Notes under the pieces: model-generated
Databases searched by the model: none
The model's input: the letters and a program-made list of their open reading frames with translations, nothing else
Told to the model about the DNA's origin: nothing
NCBI GenBank assembly: GCA_965242925.1
Contig: CBDEUM010000034.1
Coordinates: 224,001 to 288,000, forward strand
Origin: Roseibacillus sp.
GTDB taxonomy: Bacteria; Verrucomicrobiota; Verrucomicrobiia; Verrucomicrobiales; Akkermansiaceae
DNA: 64,000 nucleotides
Direction of reading: 5' to 3'
Translations under genes and position numbers: made by a program
In this document: piece after piece, positions 49,725-61,998 of the stretch
Layout of the letters: the number at the start of each line of letters is the position of its first letter
Numbering within the stretch: position 1 is the first letter of the stretch

Positions 49725-50951
49725 TTAAGCCTTCAGCCAACCCATGTCCTTCTGGCTGCTCCCAAAACTGCCAAGGTCGACATTGTGCTTGTGCAGCAAT
49801 TCCAGATAGAGGTTGCAAAGTGGAGTCGGTTTCTCGAGCACGGTATGGGTCTGGTGCCGGTAGCCGCCCCCAGCCACGATCATGGGCAGGTTGTTATGGG
49901 TGTGGTTGGAGGCGTTGCCGAAATTGCTGCCAATCACCACCGTGGTGTGATCGAGCAAGGTCCCGCCTTCTTCCTTTATCTGATCCATCTCGAAAAGGAA
50001 GCGGTTGAAATGCTTGAGGGTGTCGCTCTCGATCTTGCTCAACTGATCGATTTTGGCGGCATCGCCGCCATGGTGGGACAAGGTGTGCCATCCCCCGGTG
50101 GCGCCAGGCACCTTGATAGCCCCGTCGATCCAGTCCATGGAGAGGGTGATGACGCGGGTCGAGTCGGTCCGGAAAGCAAGTTTCGCCAGTTCGAACAGGT
50201 TTCTGATCTTGGTGGAAAAGGTGAATTCCTGATCATCGCTGAGGGATTTCTCGACCTTCGGCTTCCTGGCGCTCAGCCAGAACTTCTCGTGATCCAATTG
50301 GGCTTCCAATTCCCTGATCACGGCCTTGTAGCTGTTCAGTTTGCCCGGTTGGGCGCCTCCTTTGCGAGGCTGCGCCATGTCGCGATACAGGCAATCGAGA
50401 ATATTCTGGTCGTTCTTGAGTTGCTGCTTCTTAGCCCGCAGGTCCTCTTCCTCGAAAAGCATTTCAAAAATCTTTTCCTCATCATGCATCGGGGGAATGG
50501 CGGAACCGCGGTCATTCCAGGATATTCCCCAACCCCGGTCGTAGATGCTGAAATTGAGGAAGGGGAATCGCGTCTCTCCGCCCATCTGTCGGACCAGCAC
50601 CTGATCCAGGGAAATTCCGTTTGCGAAGGTGGGCGATTCCGGGCGGGGCGCTCCCGTAAGAAAGGATTTTTCCGAGTCATGGTTGCTCGTGTCCATGCCG
50701 GGGTGAAAAAGGTTCTGGAAGACCGTCATCTTATCGAGGGTCTTCATGTCCTTGAGGTAGGCTGACGAGGCCAGATCCCCCCGCTCCCTGGGGAAGAAGT
50801 AGGGCTCGTGGAAACCGAGGCAGCTGCAGATAAAGATGATCCGCTTCGGTGGCGGCTTTTTCCTGTCCTCCGCCCGCAGGCTCAGCGAACTCATGGCCAG
50901 GGGAAGAGCCGCTCCGACTTTCAGGAACTCTTTTCTGCTTATGTTCCTCAT
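49725..50951 (-). CDS. DUF1552 (HXXSHH) protein, copy 2
   Basis: SRKEFLK Tat-like signal, ISLDQ, TRFP, DSTRVIT, WHTLSHH, LPMIVAGG, PLCNL; ATGA overlap with its partner. Confidence 0.9.
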   Translation of the reverse strand: MRNISRKEFLKVGAALPLAMSSLSLRAEDRKKPPPKRIIFICSCLGFHEPYFFPRERGDLASSAYLKDMKTLDKMTVFQNLFHPGMDTSNHDSEKSFLTGAPRPESPTFANGISLDQVLVRQMGGETRFPFLNFSIYDRGWGISWNDRGSAIPPMHDEEKIFEMLFEEEDLRAKKQQLKNDQNILDCLYRDMAQPRKGGAQPGKLNSYKAVIRELEAQLDHEKFWLSARKPKVEKSLSDDQEFTFSTKIRNLFELAKLAFRTDSTRVITLSMDWIDGAIKVPGATGGWHTLSHHGGDAAKIDQLSKIESDTLKHFNRFLFEMDQIKEEGGTLLDHTTVVIGSNFGNASNHTHNNLPMIVAGGGYRHQTHTVLEKPTPLCNLYLELLHKHNVDLGSFGSSQKDMGWLKA

Positions 50952-53791
50952 TCCTCCTCTCCTGTCAGTGAATAGATCAGCACCTTTGTCATCAAGTCCT
51001 TCATGCGGCATTCCTGCGCGACCTCCGGGATCATGCGGAAGAGGTGCAGGCGTCGTCTCAGGCTCGGCTTGTAACCATTGGCATACTCAAAGAATTTCTT
51101 GGCAAAATTATAGGCGATCCTCTTGTGGTCGGACAGCAGGATCTTCTTGAGTCCGAACACGTCCCCGAACTCGGCCTTGCCGATCTCTCCCGACGCATCC
51201 ACCTCTCCCGCTAATTGGTAGTGCCCTTCCAAACGGAACTGGAAGGTCCCCCCATGCTCTTTCTCAACCCGATACTTCCTCCGCCACTGTCCGGTGGCAT
51301 CAAAACTCTCCAAGGCGAACCCATAGGGGTCGATGCTCTTGTGGCAGGTGTAGCAGGCCTTGTTACTCTTATGCTGATCGATCTGCTCCCTGAGCGTGGT
51401 GGCGTCCCCATGTTCAGGCTCGATTGCCTTCACGTTTGCCGGAGGAGGCGAAAGTGTATTGCCGGCGATGTTCTTGGAAATCCATGCCCCACGGAGGATC
51501 GGCGAAGTGTCAAATCCATCCGCAGTGACCTTCAATACGCTGCCCATGGTCAATAGTCCTCCACGCGGAACCTCAGGCCCGAACGAAACCCTGCGCATCC
51601 GTTGCCCCATCACCCCATCGATGCCATAGTGCTGGGCCAGTCGCTGGTTCATGAACGAGAATTCCGAATCAATCAAATGCCCGACGGGCAGGTTCTCCTG
51701 GATCAAATGGCTGAGGTAAGCTTCGGTTTCGAGGGGCAGGTAATGATTCAGGAGATCGTCGTATTTCGGATAAAGCTTGAGGGACGGAGCCACCTTGTTG
51801 AATGACCTGAGGTTGAGCCATTGAGAGCAGAACGAATGGATCATGCGCCCGCTCTTTCCATCCTTCAGCATCCGGTTGATTTGCTCCTCAAGCGTCTTTC
51901 CGGAGATTTTATTCCTTTTTGAGAGATCGAGAAGTTCCTCGTCAGGAACCGAAAGCCAAAGAATCCGGGAAAGATCAGCCGCCACCGCGTAGGATCGATT
52001 TTCGTGCTCTCCCGGAGCCATCAGAAAACGATGGGAACAAAGAATAGCCTTCAATCCGGCCTTGGCGGCCACAACAAAATCATCCTGTTCCCTGAATGCA
52101 TTGAGGCTCACCTGATAGTAGGGCGCCAGTTCCTCGTCGGTCAGGCTTGAGGAGAAGGCCTTTTGCGCAAATCGTCGGATCACCTTTTTCAGGTCATTCG
52201 TCGATTTGGAAGAAATGGAGATCGCAAGGGTGGAACCTCCCGTCGGCAACACAGTCATCACGTCGAGTTTACCAATCGAAGCGAGCGACCGTCCGTCCAA
52301 AGTAAAGGCATCAGTCACTAAAAACTTGATAAAGCGGCTGGAAGTTGGCTTGGGAAAGAAAATGGGCTGTTCATTGGCCAGGCGGATTTCGAGTTCTCCT
52401 TCGACGATCGGAGACCCCCAGGCTTTTCCATCATCGGAGAGGTGGACCGCATAGGCCTTCACCTGCCCATTGCCATTGCCCCCCGACCAGGTTGCATACG
52501 AAAGCCCCTCAATTTGCCTGCCCTTCGGGTTTTCCAGGATCACATAATGCGGGGGTTTGGCCAGGGTCGGCTTGAACCGGGTATGCCAGAAGTTACGATT
52601 CGACCCGTCCAGCATCTTTTCCTTTTCCATTCCCTCCTGGAAACTGCTGACGGTAACATTCCCCCCGATGGCTTTCAGGTTGGTCTGCGAAACGGACACC
52701 TCAGTCGTTTCCCGGGATGGCACCTTCAGGGGCAGGTTGCCAAAAATGTTTTGGTAGGAAGGCGGCGGCCACTGTTCGAGTACTGGCCCGCGAATCTGCA
52801 ACTGCTTGATGTAGGCCCCCTGGCTCCCATTTTTTTGGCGGAAGTTGTGCTTGGAATAGCAGTGCACCGAGACGTTTTCCCCGGGATGCAGGAAAACCCG
52901 CACGGAGTGGGATTTGAGCTCCCGGTTCCCCAACGAGATCACATCCAGCAATCGTTGCGGTTGTGGCCGGTCATCCGCATAATAATATTTTCCCGCAAAA
53001 ACCTCGATGCTCACATCCTCCCGGAAGTCCCCCAGTTTCATCGCGTCAAAAGTCAATTCGTACCATCCTGGAACGGGCGGATCGAAGTTGTCGTAGAAGA
53101 AGGAATAACTGTTGCCGTTGTTGGCACGGGTCCAGGAAAAGAGAATGCCCTCCTTGTATTTCCGGGTGTAAACATTGTAGGTTACGTGGCTGTCCTTGAT
53201 CTTGTTCGTCACCCAGATCCGCTCTTGGGCAAAACCCTTTGCGGGCAAGGCAAACTCAAGCATTTCATCCGCCACTGTGAAGTAGGAGGCGAGCATCTGC
53301 CTGGTCAGCTTGATTCTTCGGTCCGAATCGAAGTCGTTGGTGCCACGGTCTTCCGGTATTTCCCCCGTCAGGTCCAACTTGACGCCCAGTAAGTCGTTGC
53401 CCGAATGGACGAACTCGTGGCGGCTGATCCGACGGTAGGGATTCGGGGTTCTTTCGTTCTGGCGCTTAGCCAACCAATCAAGCATCAGGCGTTTTTCCCC
53501 GGCGCCTGGTTGCTTCTTGTTCTTCGGCGGCATCTTCGCCGTGATTAGGTTCTCGAACGCCAGGGTGTGGTCGGCATCGCCTTTCTCCAGGAGAGCAACC
53601 AGGTCGAGATCACCCTTCTTCATTTCCCCGTCATGGCAATCAAAGCAATACCGTTCAAAGACCTGCATGGCCTCTTCTTCAACATTCCCGGCTTGAGAAG
53701 GAGTCCCCCAAACCATCCATCCCCAGAGCATCCCGATTACATACAGGGACACGCTCGTTCGTTCTGCCTGCTGAACTTTCATCCTCCTCAA
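50948..53791 (-). CDS. DUF1592-type diheme protein with an inserted F5/8 type C (discoidin/CBM32-like) domain
   Basis: CFDCH, MPP, LW.SVPD, RGGLL, TSPILRG, CYTCH, IDPYGFALE; insert ~52256-52660 with MLDG...FWHT...PPHY...NGQVKAY...SDDG..W...RFIKF. Confidence 0.88.
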   Translation of the reverse strand: MRRMKVQQAERTSVSLYVIGMLWGWMVWGTPSQAGNVEEEAMQVFERYCFDCHDGEMKKGDLDLVALLEKGDADHTLAFENLITAKMPPKNKKQPGAGEKRLMLDWLAKRQNERTPNPYRRISRHEFVHSGNDLLGVKLDLTGEIPEDRGTNDFDSDRRIKLTRQMLASYFTVADEMLEFALPAKGFAQERIWVTNKIKDSHVTYNVYTRKYKEGILFSWTRANNGNSYSFFYDNFDPPVPGWYELTFDAMKLGDFREDVSIEVFAGKYYYADDRPQPQRLLDVISLGNRELKSHSVRVFLHPGENVSVHCYSKHNFRQKNGSQGAYIKQLQIRGPVLEQWPPPSYQNIFGNLPLKVPSRETTEVSVSQTNLKAIGGNVTVSSFQEGMEKEKMLDGSNRNFWHTRFKPTLAKPPHYVILENPKGRQIEGLSYATWSGGNGNGQVKAYAVHLSDDGKAWGSPIVEGELEIRLANEQPIFFPKPTSSRFIKFLVTDAFTLDGRSLASIGKLDVMTVLPTGGSTLAISISSKSTNDLKKVIRRFAQKAFSSSLTDEELAPYYQVSLNAFREQDDFVVAAKAGLKAILCSHRFLMAPGEHENRSYAVAADLSRILWLSVPDEELLDLSKRNKISGKTLEEQINRMLKDGKSGRMIHSFCSQWLNLRSFNKVAPSLKLYPKYDDLLNHYLPLETEAYLSHLIQENLPVGHLIDSEFSFMNQRLAQHYGIDGVMGQRMRRVSFGPEVPRGGLLTMGSVLKVTADGFDTSPILRGAWISKNIAGNTLSPPPANVKAIEPEHGDATTLREQIDQHKSNKACYTCHKSIDPYGFALESFDATGQWRRKYRVEKEHGGTFQFRLEGHYQLAGEVDASGEIGKAEFGDVFGLKKILLSDHKRIAYNFAKKFFEYANGYKPSLRRRLHLFRMIPEVAQECRMKDLMTKVLIYSLTGEEE

Positions 53792-54377
53792 GAGTCCCCG
53801 GGGGACAACAGGATCCGGTTACCCATCGCCTGTTCTGTCCTCGTGGGATCAACTGATCCGCCGTTGCTCAGACGTTCCGTCAATCCCATTCCCGTGAATC
53901 CCATGGTTACAGCATAGGCCGCATCGGCCCCTGATTGAAGGAATCTTTCCCCTTCCAGAATGACGCTATACCTGTCACATCCCAAAAGTTCTTCCCTTTT
54001 GCCTGATCCCTCCACGACCACGAGGATCACTGTCACCAGAAAAGCTTTCTGGACAGGCCAGTGCTTACGACAATCAGTTTTCCTGATCGACAGAGAGAAC
54101 AGAAAACCTCACTTGATCCTCTCCTCGACCCTCGGACGATAAAGAGCATCATATCTCGGCGCTGGGTCTTAGATCGGATGATCCCACCTCCCACTACCAC
54201 CTATGAAAGTTATTCACAGCCACTAACATTGCGAGTTCGGGCGAAAGGTGGAAAGCTGATCCCCACGCCAAGCGAACCACCCATTCGAACGTCCGCCGGG
54301 TGAACCCTCCCGAGGGAGCCTGAAACCATCGGGAGCTAGAACACGGTTCGCATTACAGAAAACGCAAATCCTCGTAA

Positions 54378-56624
<2,247 letters not shown>

Positions 56625-56660
56625 TCCGATCAGAAGGGACAAAGGGGCTCCATAGGGTTT

Positions 56661-57581
56661 CTATGGAGACCCCTTCAACTGCTCTTCAAGAAGTCCAAGA
56701 ATCAGCTTCACGCGCTCATCATCCCGAAATTCGGGTCCTCCGTGACCCGCTCCCTCCAGCATCTGGAAGGTCGCCCGCAATCCAGCCTTGTCATAAGCCT
56801 TTCCGAGCAACCGCCCCTGCATGATGCGTTCCGGGGTATCCTCACTCCCAACCAGCAGGATAATGGGTGGATCGTCGGCTGTTACATGCGTCGTGGAACT
56901 GGCGAGCGCGGCCAGAGTGAGCTTCTCGGATGGCTTCCCGCCGAGGAACTGGTAAAGCGAACTGGCGGGCTTGTCCCAGCGCCCCGGATCAGTCGTGGCG
57001 GCGAAATGAAGATCGGTGGGACAGTACATCCCGAGTGCCGCCTGCACCCGGCTTGACTGATCCAGGTTGCCACCGACCGTCCCTTCCAGATTTTGCACTC
57101 CCCCACTGGTGGCAAGGAGAAGAGCGAGGTGCCCACCTGCCGAAGCTCCCGCAACCGCTATCTTGTTCGCCACGATCCCAAGCTTGTCCGCATTCCCACG
57201 CAGGAAACGGACTGCCCCCTTGCAGTCGTGCAGGATTGCCGGAAACCGGGCGGAATGGCTCTTTCGATAACCTACGCTTGCGACCGCGTATCCGTGACGA
57301 ACGAGCCAGCGTACCTGGCAACTTTCCTTGGAACCGGAACGCCAGGAGCCGCCGTGGAGGTAGACCACAACCTGAGGTGTCCCGGTCGCCTTTGCGGGGA
57401 GATAGAGGTCCAGTTTGAGCAGGGCACCATCCACTTTGGCAAACACGACATCGCGGTAGATCGTCTCGTGCCGGGTTCGCTCAATGGTTGAGCCTCCCTG
57501 ACCAGTTGGATCTGCACCCACCCTGGGCAGAGCAAGCAAGCAGCTGATCACGAATATCCGAAGCACAGTCATTCCCGCCAT
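56661..57581 (-). CDS. Secreted alpha/beta hydrolase (HSL-type carbohydrate esterase-like)
   Basis: LKLDLYLP, HGGSW, GASAGG, G..D, GAGHG. Confidence 0.88.
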   Translation of the reverse strand: MAGMTVLRIFVISCLLALPRVGADPTGQGGSTIERTRHETIYRDVVFAKVDGALLKLDLYLPAKATGTPQVVVYLHGGSWRSGSKESCQVRWLVRHGYAVASVGYRKSHSARFPAILHDCKGAVRFLRGNADKLGIVANKIAVAGASAGGHLALLLATSGGVQNLEGTVGGNLDQSSRVQAALGMYCPTDLHFAATTDPGRWDKPASSLYQFLGGKPSEKLTLAALASSTTHVTADDPPIILLVGSEDTPERIMQGRLLGKAYDKAGLRATFQMLEGAGHGGPEFRDDERVKLILGLLEEQLKGSP

Positions 57582-57599
57582 CGACCTTCCTTGGTGCCG

Positions 57600-60500
57600 T
57601 CAGTTCTTCAGAAAAATTCCACTCTTCACGACGAGACGGACCAGTTCACGCAGACGATTATCCCTCCTCGCCAACTCAGCGGTAATCCGGTCGACCTCCC
57701 CCCGATCGATTGCCTCGAGCTTGCGCCCCGTTGCATAGGTCAGCATCTTTTTCGTCAGGCAACGCACCACAAGCTCCTTCCGCTCCATCAGCATCTTCTT
57801 GAAGACAACAATATCAGGGATCTCGGTGCCGTTGGAGAGTGTCGCCGAGGTGTCGATCGGACCCTTGGCACGCTTGTAACGATCGCGCCATCGCCCGACG
57901 ACGTCGAAATTCTCGAAGGCAAACCCCAGCGGATCGATCTTTCGGTGGCAGCTGTTGCACGCCTCATTCTTGCGATGGAGGGAGAGCAGTTCGCGAATAG
58001 TGGAGGCCTCGCGGGTATCTGTTGGAAGGGGCTCCACGTCAGGCGGGGGCGGTGAAGGCGGAGTCCCCAGGACATTCTCAAGGACCCAGACCCCGCGAAT
58101 GACAGGAGAGGTGTCGACCCCGTTGGCCGTGGCGGTCATCACTCCCGGCTGGGTAAAGATGCCGCCGCGCCGAGAATCCTCCAGCTTGACCTTGCGCAGA
58201 CGCTCACCCCGGATTCCCTCGCGCCGGTAAACCCACTTTGCCAGGGTCTGGTTCATGTAGGTGTAATCGGAGTCGATGAACTCTTCGACCCGGCCATTCC
58301 TCTCCAGGATATCGCCAAAGTAACTGGTGACCTGCTTCATAAGCAGCGGTTCGACCCGGAGGTTCTTGTAGAACTGGTAATCCCCTCCCGAGGGAGGCAT
58401 CTTGCCAAGTTTGTCCATGCGCAACCAGGTCGAGGGGAAGTGTCGTATGAAGGCGGCGGCCTTACCGTCCCTGAGCATGCGTTCCACCTGGCGATCGAGT
58501 TCTGCGGGTTCTCTCAATTTCCCCGCCCCGGCCAGTGCCAAAAGGGTTTCATCCGGCATGGAAGACCAGAGAAAATAACTCAGCCGGGAAGCGATCGCGA
58601 AGTCATCAAGGGGACCGGGCTCCTCCTTGAAATAGAGGAACTGTGGCGAGCACATGATAGCGGCATAGCCATCCTGCATCGCACGGATCACCGGCGGCAC
58701 GGCATCCTTGGGATTCTTGGGCTTCGGCGCATTGTGCAGGCTGTCGACTGAAAGTTTGGCGTGTGCCGAATTCGCGCCACTCCACCCCGCCCTCAAACTG
58801 TTGGCCCCACCGTAGGCGAAATACTCGACCCGGATGGCATGCTCCCCGGAGTCGAGCCTGACCTTTCCTTTCATCAGGGTTGGACCATGCAACCCGTCGT
58901 GAACGACGACCTCCTTCCCGTCAATCAGGATGCGGGCACCGTCATCGGAGGCCATCTCGAAAACATATTCCCCGGCTTTCGGAGCATCCACAAGCCCCTC
59001 GAACACCAATCCGAAATATTCCTTTCGTTGCGACGCCCGGATGTCGATGAGCCCCTTGGGCAGACTTCCTTTGGTAACTGCTTCCAGGGAATCAAAGTCA
59101 GGCAGTTTCTCCCATTTCCCTTCGTAAACCCGATAGCTCAGGTTCCTGATGGCCCCGGCAACCTTGACGACAGGTTCCACCTGTTGCTGAAGCACCAGTT
59201 GCACGTAGGGTTCAATCTCCTCCGGTTTGACCGGTCGGCGGAAACTCCGCTCTGCAAAGGTGGTCATCAACCCGCGGATCTCTTCCTCTTCGCCCGATTC
59301 CGTCCCATAAAGCGCGGTGTGACTGCGCGGGGGCCAGGTGCCCAGCAATGGTTCGACCTTGAGGCTATGGATCCGGATATGGGGACCCCGGTATCCCCCC
59401 TTGAACAGGAGGCGTGCCATATCCAGCCCCCAGTTTTCATGACCCTCCTTGTCTGCATTCTTGTCCGGGCGCTTGAAGAACTGCGCTGGCATGTATTCCT
59501 CAACAACCTTTTCGGGCCGTACAATTCGCTCGGTGGGGCCGTTCTCCCATCCCAGCCACGGCGTCCAGGTTCTGTCCATCCACACCTCATGGGTGAATAC
59601 CTTCCTCCTCCCATCGGCGGGAAGGGACCACAGTGCCTCGGTAGTGGAAGTCGGACCCGCGATTCCGCCATTCTTGGTGTCGGCGATATTCAGGCACAAC
59701 TGGAAGGGGTTCTTCTCATCCACGGAGATCATGCCTTGCCACGGATGCCGGGGATTATGTCCCGACGCTTCCACCGTAATCCTGTATCTTGTCGACAGGC
59801 CCACTCCTCCACGGAGGTCAGTGGGCGCAACCCGGCCATAACGCTCATAGCCGACCGCGATCATCTCATATCCCGGATTGGTTTCCCGGGAAACCGTTTC
59901 AATCAGATTTCGTCCCCTCCCCTTGATCAGGTGCCCGGTAAAGTGATGGGACTTTGCCTCGGGTCGCGGACCGAGGTGAGTGGCCTGCGTAATGGTCTCC
60001 TCCACCGCTCCGAGGGTGAGCTTGAGCAGGAAATCCGACATCACCAGTTGATTGCCGAGATTGAAAAACCCGTCCTCCTCTTCATCTTCCGGAAAAAAAC
60101 GCAACGGATCGTTCCCCGTTCGCTCCACGCTCCCATTGCCATTGTTGTCCACCAGTCGTGAGCCTGCCGCATCGGGGCGATATTGCGGTCCATCAAGGTA
60201 AAGAAGATCCCTCAGCGTGTTACGCAATTCGTGCCGGTTCAACCGTCGGAGCACCGTGCGCCCACCCGTGCTGCGTTGCTTCGCATAAAAGGTGGAAAGC
60301 AGGGCCGTCAGTTCCTCCACCACCGGCAATCGCTCCTCCTGCGTCGGCTGAGGCTCTTTCTTCGGTGGCATTTCGCCGAGATTCAGTTGATCGAGGATAT
60401 TCTGCCAGGTCTCCAGGGTCTCAATCTCGGCAAGATCGCCCTTCAAGGTATCAAAACGATAGTCCCCCTTCTGCTTTTCCGGTCCGTGACAGTCAAAACA

Positions 60501-60605
60501 GTGCTCCGCCAGAAACGGTCTCAGATCGGTGAGGGCTCCGCATCTGGCCAGGCCCGAAAGACCCCCTCCCATCAGAAGAAAGATCGCGATGTGCCGGATG
60601 AGCAT
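57600..60605 (-). CDS. DUF1592-type diheme protein with an inserted PA14 domain
   Basis: Signal peptide MLIRHIAIF, CFDCH, RRLNRHE, IASRLSYFLWSSMPD, TSPVIRG, CNSCH; insert ~58776-59144 with YEGKW..LPDF...FEG...GEY.F..ASDDG...DGLHG...G.H.IRVEYF. Confidence 0.9.
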   Translation of the reverse strand: MLIRHIAIFLLMGGGLSGLARCGALTDLRPFLAEHCFDCHGPEKQKGDYRFDTLKGDLAEIETLETWQNILDQLNLGEMPPKKEPQPTQEERLPVVEELTALLSTFYAKQRSTGGRTVLRRLNRHELRNTLRDLLYLDGPQYRPDAAGSRLVDNNGNGSVERTGNDPLRFFPEDEEEDGFFNLGNQLVMSDFLLKLTLGAVEETITQATHLGPRPEAKSHHFTGHLIKGRGRNLIETVSRETNPGYEMIAVGYERYGRVAPTDLRGGVGLSTRYRITVEASGHNPRHPWQGMISVDEKNPFQLCLNIADTKNGGIAGPTSTTEALWSLPADGRRKVFTHEVWMDRTWTPWLGWENGPTERIVRPEKVVEEYMPAQFFKRPDKNADKEGHENWGLDMARLLFKGGYRGPHIRIHSLKVEPLLGTWPPRSHTALYGTESGEEEEIRGLMTTFAERSFRRPVKPEEIEPYVQLVLQQQVEPVVKVAGAIRNLSYRVYEGKWEKLPDFDSLEAVTKGSLPKGLIDIRASQRKEYFGLVFEGLVDAPKAGEYVFEMASDDGARILIDGKEVVVHDGLHGPTLMKGKVRLDSGEHAIRVEYFAYGGANSLRAGWSGANSAHAKLSVDSLHNAPKPKNPKDAVPPVIRAMQDGYAAIMCSPQFLYFKEEPGPLDDFAIASRLSYFLWSSMPDETLLALAGAGKLREPAELDRQVERMLRDGKAAAFIRHFPSTWLRMDKLGKMPPSGGDYQFYKNLRVEPLLMKQVTSYFGDILERNGRVEEFIDSDYTYMNQTLAKWVYRREGIRGERLRKVKLEDSRRGGIFTQPGVMTATANGVDTSPVIRGVWVLENVLGTPPSPPPPDVEPLPTDTREASTIRELLSLHRKNEACNSCHRKIDPLGFAFENFDVVGRWRDRYKRAKGPIDTSATLSNGTEIPDIVVFKKMLMERKELVVRCLTKKMLTYATGRKLEAIDRGEVDRITAELARRDNRLRELVRLVVKSGIFLKN

Positions 60606-60645
60606 CGGAAGGGTTCCTGGTTGTGGGAGGCGCTTCGCTACTCGC

Positions 60646-61914
60646 TCACGCCTTCCATTCCAATCCGCGGAGCGTCCCCGAGCTTGATCCGAACCGATCA
60701 ATCTCAAGTCCACTATTTTGCAGGATGGAGAGAAGCAGGTTGGCGGCCGGCACCCGGCGGGCACCCTCTTTCGGATAGACCCTGTGCTCCCCGTGCTTGA
60801 ATCCTCCACCAGCGAGAACAAGGGGAAGATTCTTGGTCTGGTGCGTCCCGGCAGCCATGCCACATCCGTAGAGGATAGCCGTATGATCAAGGAGAGTCCC
60901 CCCGTTGATGGGATCCTTCTGCTCCTTGAGCAGATCAATGAGGTGGGACATCATCGAGATCTGGAAACCCTCGATCTTCTTCAGGGCCGCAACGGGCTCG
61001 GGCCGTTCTCCATGATGGGAAAACCCGTGATAGCCCCCATTCAGCCCGAAGTCTCCATTGGCGAATCCGCTCACCATCGTGATCGCCCGGGTTGAATCAG
61101 TCTGCAGGGCCAGCGCGATCATTTCGATCATGATCTTGAGCTGTGCTTCCGTGCCATTCCCGGGATTGGGCTCTTCTACATCCGTCGTGGGCTTGGGGCG
61201 TTGAAGCCAGGGCTCCTGCTGGACGATCTTTTTCTCCATCGTCCTGACCGAGTCAAAGTACTCCTCCAGCTTTTCCTGGTCCTGCCTCCCGAGTTGGCCG
61301 TTAAGCGCCTTGGCCTGTTCCCCGACCACATCCAGAATGCTGGAATGTCGCTTATAGCGTTCCGCCTCGGCCGCCTTCTTGTCGGCGGTATCTTCAAAGA
61401 ACATGGCACGATAGGCGGCCCGCATGTCAATCGAAGGCACCTGTACCCCGGTCCGGGTGAAGCTGAGAAGATTGCGCTCCCGTACCCCCAGGGTCATGGA
61501 CGGAAACCGCGTCGCGGCACCATGGTGCTCCGCCAGTTTCTGGTCGAGGCTGATATTGCCTTCGACATAGTTGTGCGCGAGAACGGGTCGAACCCCGCTC
61601 AGCAGCACAGGCACTCCCTGGTGCCCTCCGGTGAAACCGTGGTCGAGATTTGAGAATACGGTGAAATCCTTGCGGTGTTTTTCAAGCCCCTTGAGAGTCT
61701 CGGGCATCTCGTAGTCGGGACCGGGTTGCTTCTCGTCTGGAAAGAACGCCTTCTGGTAGACCCCATAGTTGTTCGAGAGGCAGACGAACCTCTTCACAGA
61801 CCCGCGGGCCTGGGTGGCCGCCCGTGCGGTTGGAGTCATCGCTTCCAGCATGGGCAGGGCCAAGGCCACACCACTTCCCCTCAGGAAGGTTCGTCTATTC
61901 AAAGGAGTTCGCAT
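60646..61914 (-). CDS. DUF1552 (HXXSHH) protein, Tat signal, copy 3
   Basis: NRRTFLR, ISLDQ, TRFPSM, SILD, LEEYF.SVR, DSTRAIT, YHGFSHH, LPLVLAGG. Confidence 0.92.
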   Translation of the reverse strand: MRTPLNRRTFLRGSGVALALPMLEAMTPTARAATQARGSVKRFVCLSNNYGVYQKAFFPDEKQPGPDYEMPETLKGLEKHRKDFTVFSNLDHGFTGGHQGVPVLLSGVRPVLAHNYVEGNISLDQKLAEHHGAATRFPSMTLGVRERNLLSFTRTGVQVPSIDMRAAYRAMFFEDTADKKAAEAERYKRHSSILDVVGEQAKALNGQLGRQDQEKLEEYFDSVRTMEKKIVQQEPWLQRPKPTTDVEEPNPGNGTEAQLKIMIEMIALALQTDSTRAITMVSGFANGDFGLNGGYHGFSHHGERPEPVAALKKIEGFQISMMSHLIDLLKEQKDPINGGTLLDHTAILYGCGMAAGTHQTKNLPLVLAGGGFKHGEHRVYPKEGARRVPAANLLLSILQNSGLEIDRFGSSSGTLRGLEWKA

Positions 61915-61998
61915 AACCCAAATATTTCAGCAAAACCTACCGGAAAACCGGGAATAATCCAGTTCCGAATACTACCATGATCGTGGAATTTGATCTGG

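Noticed and set aside
54210..54218. DnaA-box-like TTATTCACA
   Set aside because: Single copy with a mismatch, no cluster and no replication genes nearby.
54238..54278. Resemblance of the katG leader to a c-di-GMP-I riboswitch (GGCGAAA...ACGCCAAGC)
   Set aside because: The GNRA-capped P2 stem and P3 receptor of that class cannot be built; kept only as an unclassified structure.
53788..54303. Short ORFs of 60-82 aa between module 2 and katG
   Set aside because: No motifs or clear RBS; more likely a divergent promoter region.
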